Positions 30,889 through 41,240 are shown, counted from the first letter of the stretch. The stretch: 64,000 bases of DNA from an uncultured Candidatus Rokubacteria bacterium (GCA_963758635.1 CAVWWD010000008.1:480001-544000); one strand, 5' to 3'. Program-made: numbers and translations. The notes: generated by a model not told the origin, from the sequence alone.

Positions 30889-32454
30889 ATGTCCATTCCG
30901 GCGGTCAGCGTTCCCGAGCGATTCAACGCGGCCACGTTCTTCCTCGATCGTCACGTCGGGGAAGGACGGGGCGACCGGAACGCCCTCCGCTTCCAGGGCC
31001 GCGCGATCACGTACGGCGACCTGGCGGCGCGCGCCGGCCGCGCCGGCCACGCGCTCCGCGCCCGCGGCGTGCAGATGGAGCAGCGCGTGCTGATCGCGCT
31101 GTCCGACCGGCCGGAGTGGGTGGAGACGTTCTGGGGCGCGATCAAGATCGGCGCGGTGGCGGTGCCGGTGAACCCCGGGCTCGGCGCCGAGGAGTACGTG
31201 TTCCTGCTCGCCGACAGCCGCGCCCGGGTCGTCGTGGCCGAGCCGGCCGCGGCGGCGACGATCCTGTCCGCGCGCGCGCAGTGTCCGTTCCTCGAGTCCG
31301 TGATCGGGGTGGGGGAGCGTCCGGCCGGCGCGCTCGGGTACGAGGCCCTCCTCGCCGAGGCCGCGCCCGCGCTGGCCGCCGCCGACACGCACCGCGACGA
31401 CGTGGCCTTCTGGGGCTACACGTCGGGGTCCACCGGGCGGCCGAAGGCGGCGGTGCACCTGCATCACGACGCCGTGCACGCCGCCGAGCTGGTGGGCGCG
31501 CGCACGTTCGGCATCGGCCCGGACGACGTCGTCCTCTCCGTGTCGAAGCTCCACTTCGCCTACGGGCTCGGGAACTCCGTCCTGTTTCCGGCTCACGCGG
31601 GCGCGACCGCCGTCCTCGTGCCGGAGCGGCTGAATGCCGAACGCGTCTTCGAGCTGATCGTGCGCGAGCGGCCCACGGCGCTCTTCACGGTGCCCACCGT
31701 GTACGCGCGCATGCTGCAGGTGAAGGACGCCGAGCGGCGCTTCGACCTGTCCTCGCTCCGGCTGTGCGTGTCGTCGGGCGAGGCGCTGCCCGGCGCGCTC
31801 TTTCACGCCTGGCACGGGCGCTTCGGGCTCGAGCTGCTCGACGTGGTGGGCTCCACCGAGGCGCTCCACGACTTCATCGCCAACCGGCCCGGCCGCGCGC
31901 GGCCCGGCGCCAGCGGGGAGCTGATCCCCGGGTTCGAGGCGCGACTGGTCGACGGCGAGGGCCGGCCCGTGGTGCCCGGCAGCGTGGGCGAGCTGTGGAT
32001 CAAGGGCGACTCCACGTCGCCGACCTACTGGAACCGCCACGAGCAGACCAGGCGCACGATGCTGGGCGAGTGGCTCCGCACCGGCGACATGTTCTACCAG
32101 GACGCCGACGGGTACTTCTACTTCTGCGGGCGCGGAGACGACATGCTCAAGGTGGGCGGCATGTGGGTGTCGCCGATCGAGGTGGAAGCCTGCCTCGCCG
32201 ATCACGCGGCGGTGCTCGAGGCCGCGGTGATCGGGCGGCTCGACGCCGACGGCCTCGTGAAGGCGCACGCGTTCTGCGTGCTCGCCGAGGGCGCCTCGCC
32301 CAGCCCCGGCCTGGCCGCCGAGCTGGTCCAGTTCGTGCGCCGGCGCATGGCGGGCTACAAGGCCCCGCGCTGGCTCGACTTCGTGCCCGACCTTCCGAAG
32401 ACGCCCACCGGGAAGATCCAGCGCTTCCGGCTGCGGCAGCAAGGCAAGCACTGA
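30889..32454 (+). CDS. Benzoate-CoA ligase family protein
   Basis: FNAATFFLDRH, YTSGSTGRPK, LHFAYGLGN, GSTEALH, TGDMF, TGKIQRF. Confidence 0.9.
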   Translation: MSIPAVSVPERFNAATFFLDRHVGEGRGDRNALRFQGRAITYGDLAARAGRAGHALRARGVQMEQRVLIALSDRPEWVETFWGAIKIGAVAVPVNPGLGAEEYVFLLADSRARVVVAEPAAAATILSARAQCPFLESVIGVGERPAGALGYEALLAEAAPALAAADTHRDDVAFWGYTSGSTGRPKAAVHLHHDAVHAAELVGARTFGIGPDDVVLSVSKLHFAYGLGNSVLFPAHAGATAVLVPERLNAERVFELIVRERPTALFTVPTVYARMLQVKDAERRFDLSSLRLCVSSGEALPGALFHAWHGRFGLELLDVVGSTEALHDFIANRPGRARPGASGELIPGFEARLVDGEGRPVVPGSVGELWIKGDSTSPTYWNRHEQTRRTMLGEWLRTGDMFYQDADGYFYFCGRGDDMLKVGGMWVSPIEVEACLADHAAVLEAAVIGRLDADGLVKAHAFCVLAEGASPSPGLAAELVQFVRRRMAGYKAPRWLDFVPDLPKTPTGKIQRFRLRQQGKH

Positions 32455-32629
32455 CGGGAATCTTTACAGCTTGCGCTCCGCGTCACGAAAGGTCGCGCGA
32501 GGGCCGAGCAATTTCAAGCGGTTGCACATGTGGCACTGGAATTCCATACCTGACGCTTGGAGCAAACCGGCGGCTCGAGCTGTCGGAGGGTCTTACACTG
32601 TTCGGGCCCGAACGGAGGACCGCGACACC

Positions 32630-33994
32630 ATGACAACCTTCGACCATCACTGCGACCCGAGCGAGCTGGACGCGATCGCGACCGCGCTCCGGGGCGTCCC
32701 GCGCGCGGCCTACTCGGTCCCGCACACGTACCCGAACTCCGTTCCCGCCTACATCCCGGCGCCGCTGATGGAGCGCGAGCGGCCGGACTCCGACCGGCTC
32801 CGCCTGTACGTCCACATCCCGTTCTGCCGCTACCACTGCTCGTTCTGCTACTTCGCGGTCCGGGTGGGCGCGAGCGAGGCGCTCATGCAGCGCTACGTGC
32901 GGGCGGTGGTCAAGGAGATGGACTGGATCCGACCGGGCACGCCGCTGTCCCAGCTCTTCGTCGGCGGGGGCACGCCCACCGCGCTGCCGCCCGCGCTGCT
33001 GGACGAGGTGCTCACCGGCGTGTTCGCGCGCACCGTGCCGCACGGAGCGGGCGTGCACACCGTCGAGACCTCGCCGGAGACGATCACGCCCGAGCACATC
33101 GCGGTGCTCAAGCGGCACGGGATCGGCCGCGTGAGCATGGGCGTGCAGAGCCTGGACGAGGACGTGCTCGGCGCCGTGCGCCGCGAGCAGACCACGGAGC
33201 AGGCGCTCGCCTCCTGCGACCTGCTCGTGTCGAGCGGGCTCATCGTCAACGTCGATCTCATCTACGGCCTGCCCGGCCAGCGCGAGGAGACGTTCCGGGC
33301 CGACCTCGCCGCGGTGGCGGCCCGCGGGATCCCGGCGGTCACCGCGTACAGCCTGCGCGTCAACGAGCGCACGCCCGTCACGCGGGCGCTGGCCGACCAC
33401 GAGCGGTTCGGCATCGCGAGCCTCATGCGCTGGCGCGCGTTCGCGAAGCACTGCGCGGCCGAGCTCGGCTACACGCAGACGCGCTGGCACACCTTCAAGC
33501 GCATGGACACCGTCGCGCGGCGCCACGAGTGGATGCCCACGGTGGACCGCGCCATGTCCGGCCACCAGCTCGGCGTGGGCATGAGCGCGCGGTCGCAGCT
33601 CGGCTACACCACGTACCGGAACCACGACAAGATGGAGCCGTACATGGAGCGCGTCGAGACGGGGCAGAGCCCGGTCGAGCAGATCTTCGTGATGGGCGAG
33701 GCCGACCGCCAGACGCAGTTCGTGGCCCGGAGCCTCGGCGACGGCAAGCCGCTCGAGCGCGCGCGCTACGAGGCCACGTTCGGGCGGAGCGTGGACGCGG
33801 ACTTCGGCGAGACCATCACCGGCCTCGTCGCGGGCGGGCTCGTCGTGGACGGGGGCGACGCGCTCCGCCTGAGCCCGTCGGGCGAGCTCCTGTACGACCT
33901 CGTCACCCTCGCGTTCTACCCGGAGCACGCCAAGAAGTGGCTGACCGACCGCGAGGAGAAGGCGCCGCTCGTGCAGGACCTCGCGATCCGCTGA
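32630..33994 (+). CDS. HemN-like radical SAM enzyme
   Basis: LYVHIPFCRYHCSFC (CxxxCxxC), FVGGGTPT, RVSMGVQS, VDLIYGLPGQ; GGAGG RBS before ATG 32630. Confidence 0.9.
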   Translation: MTTFDHHCDPSELDAIATALRGVPRAAYSVPHTYPNSVPAYIPAPLMERERPDSDRLRLYVHIPFCRYHCSFCYFAVRVGASEALMQRYVRAVVKEMDWIRPGTPLSQLFVGGGTPTALPPALLDEVLTGVFARTVPHGAGVHTVETSPETITPEHIAVLKRHGIGRVSMGVQSLDEDVLGAVRREQTTEQALASCDLLVSSGLIVNVDLIYGLPGQREETFRADLAAVAARGIPAVTAYSLRVNERTPVTRALADHERFGIASLMRWRAFAKHCAAELGYTQTRWHTFKRMDTVARRHEWMPTVDRAMSGHQLGVGMSARSQLGYTTYRNHDKMEPYMERVETGQSPVEQIFVMGEADRQTQFVARSLGDGKPLERARYEATFGRSVDADFGETITGLVAGGLVVDGGDALRLSPSGELLYDLVTLAFYPEHAKKWLTDREEKAPLVQDLAIR

Positions 33995-34001
33995 TCGACG
34001 C

Positions 34002-35234
34002 ATGCTGACGCCTGCCCAGCAGGAGCGGCTCACGCGTGTCGGCCCGGGCACGCCGATGGGCGCGCTCCTGCGCCGCTACTGGATGCCGGTGGCGGCCAGC
34101 GTGGAGTGCCCCGCGGGCGCCGCGCGGGCGGTGCGGATCCTCGGCGAGGACCTCGTGCTGTTCCGCTCCACCGCGGGGGTCGTGGGCCTGCTCGAGGAGC
34201 GGTGCCCGCACCGCGGCACCTCGCTGCGCCACGGCGACGTGGACGCCGACGGCATCCGCTGCCCGTACCACGGCTGGAAGTTCGGCCCCGGCGGCGCCTG
34301 CGTGGAGATGCCGGGTGAGACCGAGCCAGGGCGCGTCGCCGCCGGCGCGACGTGCGGGTACCGCGTGGCCGAGCTGGGCGGGCTCGTGTGGGCGTATCTC
34401 GGCCCCGAGCCCGCGCCGCTCCTGCCGCGCTGGGACATCCTGGTGTGGCCGGGCATGCTCCGCGACGTGGGGCGCGCCATCGTCCCGTGCAACTGGCTCC
34501 AGATCATGGAGAACAGCGTCGACCCCGTCCACCTCGAGTGGCTGCACGGGCACCACCTCTCGTCGGTGCGCACGCGCCTCGGCCTGTCCGCGCCCACGCA
34601 CTACCCGAAGCGGCACGCGGAGATCGGGTTCGATCGGTTCCGCTACGGGATCATCAAGCGGCGCGTCCTCGAGGGCGGCAGCCGCGAGGACGACGACTGG
34701 CGCATCGGTCATCCCCTGGTGTTCCCGAACATGGTGCGCGTGGGCGCGCACCCGCAGCACCGGCTCCAGATCCGCGTGCCCGTCGACGATACCCACACGC
34801 TGCACTTCTGGTACTGCTGCTGGGTGCCGCCGGGCGAGGACGGCGTCAGCCAGGAGCCCATCCCGGTGTACGAGGTGCCGTTCCGCGACGAGCGCGGGGA
34901 GTTCCTCCTGGACTTCGTGGACGGCGGCGACATCATGGCGTGGGTGAGCCAGGGCGCCATCGCCGATCGCACGCGCGAGCGCCTCGGCGAGACGGACCGC
35001 GGCATCGCGCTCTACCGGCGGCTGCTCTTCGAGCAGCTCGACGTGGTGGCGGCGGGCGGCGATCCCCTGGGCATCGTGCGAGACCCGGCGGAGAACGAGA
35101 TGATCGAGCTCCCCCAGGAACGCAACAAGTACGGGCGCGGCGGCGCGTTCCTGCGCGAGGCCATCGAGATGAGCCACGTCCGCTACAGCCCGATCCGCGA
35201 CCGCATCGTGGAGCTGCTCTCCCGCCCGGCGTAG
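34002..35234 (+). CDS. Rieske non-heme iron oxygenase alpha subunit (phthalate dioxygenase-like)
   Basis: CPHRG...CPYHGW Rieske ligands; ENSVDPVHLEWLH mononuclear Fe site. Confidence 0.93.
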   Translation: MLTPAQQERLTRVGPGTPMGALLRRYWMPVAASVECPAGAARAVRILGEDLVLFRSTAGVVGLLEERCPHRGTSLRHGDVDADGIRCPYHGWKFGPGGACVEMPGETEPGRVAAGATCGYRVAELGGLVWAYLGPEPAPLLPRWDILVWPGMLRDVGRAIVPCNWLQIMENSVDPVHLEWLHGHHLSSVRTRLGLSAPTHYPKRHAEIGFDRFRYGIIKRRVLEGGSREDDDWRIGHPLVFPNMVRVGAHPQHRLQIRVPVDDTHTLHFWYCCWVPPGEDGVSQEPIPVYEVPFRDERGEFLLDFVDGGDIMAWVSQGAIADRTRERLGETDRGIALYRRLLFEQLDVVAAGGDPLGIVRDPAENEMIELPQERNKYGRGGAFLREAIEMSHVRYSPIRDRIVELLSRPA

Positions 35235-35236
35235 TC

Positions 35237-36433
35237 GTGCGCGTCCTCTGCTACGTGCAGCACCTCTCAGGGGCCGGCCACTACGTGCGCACGCACGCCA
35301 TCGCGTGCGGGCTGGCCCGGTCGCACCAGGTGCTCCTCGTGGACGGCGGGCGGCCCGTGCCGCGGCTCGCCGCCCCCGCGGCTCTCGCCTCCGTGGCCCT
35401 GCCGCGCATCGGCCGCCGCGCCGGCGCGCTGGTGGCGCTGGACGACCCGCGACCCCTGGCCCAGGTCCTGGACGAGCGCATCGAGCGCCTGACCGCCGCC
35501 GCGCGCGCGCACGCCCCGGACGTGGTGACGATCGAACACTACCCGTGGAGCAAGTGGGAGCTCGAGGCCGAGACGCTCGCGCTCGTCGGGGCGGCGCGCG
35601 AGGCCAACCCTCGCGTGAAGGTCGCCTGCTCGCTGCGCGACGTGGCGCCCCCCACTCGCTACGAGGCGGTCGGAGCGCGCGCGTTCGAGCGCCGTGTGCT
35701 CGACCGGCTCGAGAGCCACTTCGACGCCCTCCTCGTCCACGCGGATCCGGCGTTCACCCGCCTCGAGGAGCACTTCGCGAGCGCCCCCGTGCTGCCGGTG
35801 CCCTGGACGTACACGGGCTTCGTGCGCACCGCGCCGCCCGCGAACGCGCGACCGGCTCACCCGGTGGCGGTCGGGCCGTACGCGGTGCTCAGCGCGGGCG
35901 GGGCAGGCGACACCGATCCCCTGGTCGCGGCGGCGACGGGGGCGTTCCGCCGGCTGTCCGACGCCGGAGAGCTCGGTGACATGCGGCTCGTCGTCTTCGG
36001 CGGGCTCGACACCGAGCCCGGGGGGCTCGCCGCCCTCGCGGACGCGTGCCGCCACGATCGGATCGCGGTGCTGCCGTTCTCGCCGGAGTTCCCGGCGTGG
36101 CTCGCGGGGAGCGAGCTGTCGATCAGCCAGGCCGGGTACAACACGTGCGTCGATCTTCTCGCCGCGCATGTTCCCACCGTGCTCTACGTGAACCCGCGCA
36201 TGTCCGACCAGGATTTTCGCGCCGAGCGCATGAGGGCGCACGGGCTCGCCGTCGTCGTGCGGGGCGAGCCGCCCGCGGTCGTCGCTCTGGTGGCGGCCAT
36301 CCGCCAGGTGCGGGAGGGCGGCCGGCCGGACGCTCGCTTCGACCTCGGCGGGGTCGAGCAGAGCGCGCGCCTGCTCGAGCAGCTCTCCCGCGACGGCACG
36401 CTTGCCGTGCCGTCCGTTTCGGCCCCCGCGTGA
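35237..36433 (+). CDS. GT-B glycosyltransferase (GT28 C-terminal-like)
   Basis: YVQHLSGAGHYVR, VLSAGGAG, SISQAGYNT. Confidence 0.8.
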   Translation: MRVLCYVQHLSGAGHYVRTHAIACGLARSHQVLLVDGGRPVPRLAAPAALASVALPRIGRRAGALVALDDPRPLAQVLDERIERLTAAARAHAPDVVTIEHYPWSKWELEAETLALVGAAREANPRVKVACSLRDVAPPTRYEAVGARAFERRVLDRLESHFDALLVHADPAFTRLEEHFASAPVLPVPWTYTGFVRTAPPANARPAHPVAVGPYAVLSAGGAGDTDPLVAAATGAFRRLSDAGELGDMRLVVFGGLDTEPGGLAALADACRHDRIAVLPFSPEFPAWLAGSELSISQAGYNTCVDLLAAHVPTVLYVNPRMSDQDFRAERMRAHGLAVVVRGEPPAVVALVAAIRQVREGGRPDARFDLGGVEQSARLLEQLSRDGTLAVPSVSAPA

Positions 36434-39120
36434 TGATCGGCGCGCCCGCCGCGACCGACCTGCGCGCGCGCCAGCGCGAGATCCGCGCGCGATGCGTGCA
36501 CCCATCGGGCGGGTTCCGGCCGTTCGAGCGCGCGGAGGCCGAGCAGTCCATCGCGGCGTGCTTCGAGGCCCGGGTGGCGCAGCAGCCCGACCGGCTCGCC
36601 CTTCGGACACGCCACCTGACGTGGAGCTACGCCGAGCTGAACCAGGCCGCCAACCGTGTGGCGCACGCGCTGCTCGCCGCCACTGGCGAGGGCGCGGACC
36701 CGGTGGGGATCCTGTTCGGCAACGACGAGTCGTTCGTTGCCGCCTCGCTGGGCGTGCTCAAGGCCGGCAAGATCGAGGTCCTGCTCGATCCCGCCCTCCC
36801 GCGGGCACGGCTCGTTCGCGCCGCCGAGCACGCAGCCGTTCGCGCCATCGTGACCGACCGCGCCCATTCCGCTCTCGCGCGCGAGCTGGCCGGTGCCCGC
36901 TGCCCGGTGCTCGACGTCGAGGAGATCGGCGACGCCGCGGCGTCGAACCCCGGCCTCGACATCGCGCCCGACGCCCTTGCCAAGGTGAGCTACACGTCCG
37001 GCTCCACCGGCACGCCCAAGGGCATCGTGCAGAGCCACCGCGGGGTGCTGCTCCGGGTGATGGAGTACGCCAACCTGCTCAACGTGAGCGGCCACGACCG
37101 GCAGGCGTTCCTGCGCCTCGGGTCGTCCGCGCCGCTCTACGCGCTCTTGAGGGGCGGCGCGTACTACCCCGTCGACCTCCGGCGCGAGCCGCTGGCGGAG
37201 GTCGCAAGCTGGCTTGCGCGCGAGGAGGTGACGATCCTCCGCGCGGCGGTGTCCACCTTCCGCGCGTTCGCCGAGACGCTCCGCGAGGGCGTGGACGTGC
37301 TGCCGCACCTGCGGGTGATCTTCGTGTTCGGCGAGGCCGTCGAGCACGCCGACGTCCACCGCTACCGGCGGCTCTTCTCCGAGCGCTGCCTGCTCGTGAG
37401 CTCCCTGGGCGCGCGGGAGGCCGGTGACTACGCGTATCTCTTCGTCGACCGAACGCTGCCGATCGCGCCCGGACCGCTGCCGGCCGGGTACCCGCAGGAG
37501 GATGGCGCGAGCGACATCCTCCTGCTGGGCGACGACGGGCGTCCGGTGCCCGATGGCGAGGTGGGCGAGCTCGCGGTGCGGCGGGGGCAGGCGGCCGTCG
37601 GCTACTGGAGGAGCCCCGACCAGACCCAGGCCGCCTTCGCCCCGGGCGGACATGGCGAGCACGTCTACCGGACCGGCGACCTCGGGCGGCGGCTCCCCGA
37701 CGGCTGCCTGCTCCACGCCGGCCGGATGGACTTCCAGGTCAAGATCCGCGGCTTCCGCGTCGATCTGGGCGAGGTCGAGGCGGCGCTCCTCGAGATCGAC
37801 GGCGTAAGCGCCGCTGCCGTTGCCGGTCACGAGGACGGGTCAGGCGACCGACGCCTCGTGGCCTACGTCGTGCTCGCGGAGACCGGCGCGCCGGCCACGG
37901 GCGACATGCGCCGGCATCTCGCCGGCCGGCTGCCCGAATACATGGTGCCTTCGATCTTCGTGACGCTGCCCGCGCTGCCGCGCACGGCCAACGGCAAGGT
38001 GGATCGTCGCGCGCTCCCGGCGCCCGGGCCCGAGCGGCCGACTCTCGACACGCCGCTATCCGCCGCGCGCTCGCCCCTGGAGGCGTCGCTCGTCGGGATG
38101 TTCGCCGAAGTGCTCGGGCTGGCGGTCGTCGGTGCCGACGACGGCTTCTTCGACCTGGGTGGCCACTCGCTGCGGGCGCTCCGCCTGGTGAGCGAGATCG
38201 AGCGGCGCTTCGGCATCCGGCTGCCGCTGGCCGTGCTCCTGGAGGCGCCGACCCCGCGGGCGCTCGCCGCCATCCTGGGGCAGCAGGGCTGGGCGCCGCG
38301 CTGGTCCTCGCTGGTGGTGATCCGTCCCGCGCGGTCCCGGACCGCGCGGCCGCCGTTGTTCTGCGTGCCGGGCCACGCTGGTACCGTCCTGTGCTTCCGG
38401 CCGCTGGGGCAACACCTGGGCGACGAGCAGCCGCTCTACGGGCTCGAGCCGCGTGGCCTCGACGCGCGCTTCGTCCCCCACACCTCGATCGAGGAGATGG
38501 CCGCCGCGTACCTCGACGAGATCGAGGGCTGCGAGCCCGCCGGGCCCCATGCCCTCGCCGGCTACTCGCTGGGCGGCATCGTCGCCTTCGAGATGGCGCG
38601 TCAGCTCCGCGCGCGTGGCCGCGCGGTGGCGCTCCTCGCCCTCTTCGACGCCAGCGCGCCGCGGGAGCGCGCGCGGGGGAGCGCGCCGGCTCGCCCCGGG
38701 CCGCGCCTGGCGCGCCTGGCCTCGCGACTCCGCGTCGAGTATGCGAACGTCGCTGCCCTGGGCGGACGTGACCGTGCCGCGTACGCGACGGCGCGTCTGG
38801 ACCGCGTGATGCGCCGGCTGGCTGGGCTCGCCGGGCGGCGCCGCGACGGGAACGACGACCCGCTGGTGCGGCGCGTGGCGCGCGCCCAGAGCCTGGCTGC
38901 CCGCGCGTATCGCCCCGGGCCCTACGACGGCGCCCTGGTCCTGTACCGCGCTCAGCATCGCCTCACGAGCCACTACGTCGACCCGCACTTCGGCTGGCGC
39001 GATCTGGTCCGTGGCGAGCTCGAGGTCCGCCTCGTCCCCTCCGCCGGCGGCTCCGTCATCCAGGACCCCCAGGGCGCCGCCCTCGTCGCCGCCGATCTCC
39101 GCCTCCGCCTCCCCGCCTGA
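36433..39120 (+). CDS. Stand-alone NRPS-like enzyme, A-T-TE
   Basis: A: SYAELN, YTSGSTGTPKG, YRTGDL, QVKIRGFRV, NGKVDR; T: FFDLGGHSL; TE: GYSLGG. Confidence 0.93.
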   Translation: MIGAPAATDLRARQREIRARCVHPSGGFRPFERAEAEQSIAACFEARVAQQPDRLALRTRHLTWSYAELNQAANRVAHALLAATGEGADPVGILFGNDESFVAASLGVLKAGKIEVLLDPALPRARLVRAAEHAAVRAIVTDRAHSALARELAGARCPVLDVEEIGDAAASNPGLDIAPDALAKVSYTSGSTGTPKGIVQSHRGVLLRVMEYANLLNVSGHDRQAFLRLGSSAPLYALLRGGAYYPVDLRREPLAEVASWLAREEVTILRAAVSTFRAFAETLREGVDVLPHLRVIFVFGEAVEHADVHRYRRLFSERCLLVSSLGAREAGDYAYLFVDRTLPIAPGPLPAGYPQEDGASDILLLGDDGRPVPDGEVGELAVRRGQAAVGYWRSPDQTQAAFAPGGHGEHVYRTGDLGRRLPDGCLLHAGRMDFQVKIRGFRVDLGEVEAALLEIDGVSAAAVAGHEDGSGDRRLVAYVVLAETGAPATGDMRRHLAGRLPEYMVPSIFVTLPALPRTANGKVDRRALPAPGPERPTLDTPLSAARSPLEASLVGMFAEVLGLAVVGADDGFFDLGGHSLRALRLVSEIERRFGIRLPLAVLLEAPTPRALAAILGQQGWAPRWSSLVVIRPARSRTARPPLFCVPGHAGTVLCFRPLGQHLGDEQPLYGLEPRGLDARFVPHTSIEEMAAAYLDEIEGCEPAGPHALAGYSLGGIVAFEMARQLRARGRAVALLALFDASAPRERARGSAPARPGPRLARLASRLRVEYANVAALGGRDRAAYATARLDRVMRRLAGLAGRRRDGNDDPLVRRVARAQSLAARAYRPGPYDGALVLYRAQHRLTSHYVDPHFGWRDLVRGELEVRLVPSAGGSVIQDPQGAALVAADLRLRLPA

Positions 39121-39201
39121 CCCCGCACGCGCCCGCGCGCGGAACGTGAGCGGTGACGGCGAATTGGCGGGGGTGGGGCGGTCTGCTATCATGCGGCCGT
39201 C

Positions 39202-40705
39202 GTGAGCCCGCCGTTCGCGAAGGTCCTCATCGCCAACCGCGGCGAGATCGCCGTTCGCGTCATCCGAGCCTGCCGCGAGCTGGGCATCGCCACCGTGGCC
39301 GTCTACTCCGACGCCGACCGTGAGGCGCTGCACGTGCTGTCCGCGGACGAGGCGGTGCGCCTGGGCCCGCCACCGGCCGCGGAGAGCTACCTGCGCGTGG
39401 ACCGGCTCGTGCAGGTCGCGCGCGAGACGGGCGCCGACGCCGTGCATCCCGGCTACGGCTTCCTCGCGGAGAACGCCGGCTTCGCGGAGGCGTGCGCGGC
39501 GGCCGGCCTCGTCTTCATCGGTCCGCCCCCCGCGGCCATCCGCGCCATGGGCGACAAGATCGAAGCGCGGCGCGTGGCGGTGGCCGCGGGCGCGCCCGTG
39601 GTGCCCGGCACCGAGGAGCCGGCGGCGAGCGACGCCGACGCCGCGCGCGCCGCCGAGCGCGTGGGCTACCCGGTGATGATCAAGGCCGCGATGGGCGGCG
39701 GCGGCAAGGGCATGCGGCTCGTGCGGAGCGCCGCCGAGCTGCCCGGCGCCCTCCGGGCCGCGCGCTCGGAGGCGGCGGCCGCCTTCGGCGACGGCACGGT
39801 GTACGTGGAACGCTACGTCGACGAGCCCCGCCACATCGAGGTGCAGGTGCTCGCCGACGCCCACGGCGCCATCGTGCACCTGGGCGAGCGCGAGTGCTCG
39901 ATCCAGCGCCGCCACCAGAAGCTCGTCGAGGAGAGCCCGTCGCCGTTCGTGACGCCCGACCTGAGGCGACGGATGGGGGAGACGGCGTGCCGCCTCGCCG
40001 CCGCCGTGGGCTACGTCAACGCGGGCACGGTCGAGTTCCTGGTCGACCGCGAGGGTCGCTTCTACTTCCTGGAGATGAACACGCGCCTCCAGGTCGAGCA
40101 CCCGGTGACCGAGCTCGTGACGGGGCGGGACCTGGTGCGCGAGCAGCTCCGGATCGCCGCGGGGGACAAGCTCGGCTACGGGCAGGACGACGTTCCTGCA
40201 GCACGGCTGGGCGATCGAGTGCCGCATCAACGCCGAGGACCCCTTCGCGGGCTTCCTGCCCGCGCCGGGCCGCATCACCGCGCTCCGCGCGCCCGGCGGC
40301 CCGTGGGTGCGCGACGACTCCGGCGTGTACGCGGGCTACACGGTGCCCCGCTACTACGACACGCTCCTGGCCAAGCTGGTCGTGTGGGGCCCGGACCGCG
40401 ACGCGGCCATCGCCCGCATGACCCGGGCGCTCGGCGAATACCACGTGGCGGGCGTGCGGACGACCATTCCCTTCCTCCAGCACATCGTGCGCTCGCCGGA
40501 CTTCGTCGCGGGCCGCCTGTCCACGCACTTCGTGGACCGGCTGATGGAGGCGGAGCGCGCCGACGCCGGCGGCCGCCGGCGCCCCGTGGCCCTGATCGCC
40601 GCCGCGCTGGCCGCCTACGAGCAGGCGGGCCGGCGCGCGCCCGCCCCGCCGGCCGGCGGTCCCGGCCCGTGGAAGCTGTCCGGGCGTCCGGGGTGGCCGC
40701 GATGA
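39202..40705 (+). CDS. accC: Biotin carboxylase subunit of an acyl-CoA carboxylase (frameshift near 40197)
   Basis: [56 protein letters not shown]. Confidence 0.93.
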
Positions 40706-40736
40706 CGGGCGGGCGGACGGCGCCCCGGAGCCAGGA

Positions 40737-41240
40737 ATGAAGTTCGAGGCCCAGGTCGAAGGCGAGCGGTCCGCCGTTGCCGTGGAGGTGAGCGGGACCG
40801 ACGGCCGCTACCGCGTGGACCTCGAGGGCCGCGCCTGGGAGGTGGACGCCCGCCGCCTCGCCGAGGGCACGTGGTCGCTCCTGATCGGCGGCGAGTCGAT
40901 GGCCGTCGACGTCACCGAGGACGACGGCGCGTTCGTCGTCCAGGTGGACGGGGAGACCTACCGCATCCAGGTCGAGGAGGAATCGCGCTACATCATCCGC
41001 ACGCGGGGGGGAGGCGCCGCCACCACCGGCCAGGTGCTGAAGGCGCCCATGCCCGGGCGCGTGGTCCTCGTCGAGGTCGAGGTGGGCCGCGCCGTCCAGC
41101 CCGGCGACGGGCTCATCATCCTCGAGGCGATGAAGATGGAAAACGAGTTCAAGGCGACCACGGCGGGCAGGGTCAAGGAAGTCCGCGTGCAGGCCGGCCA
41201 GACCGTGAACCCCGGTGATGTCCTGGTCGTCATCGAGTAG
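40737..41240 (+). CDS. Biotin carboxyl carrier protein
   Basis: APMPG and the EAMKM biotinylation motif. Confidence 0.93.
   Translation: MKFEAQVEGERSAVAVEVSGTDGRYRVDLEGRAWEVDARRLAEGTWSLLIGGESMAVDVTEDDGAFVVQVDGETYRIQVEEESRYIIRTRGGGAATTGQVLKAPMPGRVVLVEVEVGRAVQPGDGLIILEAMKMENEFKATTAGRVKEVRVQAGQTVNPGDVLVVIE

Noticed and set aside
32531..32546. Sigma-54 promoter for the biosynthetic operon (TGGCAC-N5-TTCCA)
   Set aside because: The -24 box is perfect but the conserved -12 G is replaced by C; too weak to call
32528..32629. Trp-rich RiPP precursor (MWHWNSIPDAWSK) upstream of the radical SAM
   Set aside because: It is in frame with the enzyme without its own stop or RBS; a good RBS precedes ATG 32630; the enzyme is HemN-like rather than SPASM/twitch type
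38056..40278. Long antisense and alternate-frame ORFs in the track (e.g. 38056-40278, 50603-52705, 19181-21220)
   Set aside because: These are shadows of real genes, caused by the scarcity of stop codons at high GC; they have no domain motifs
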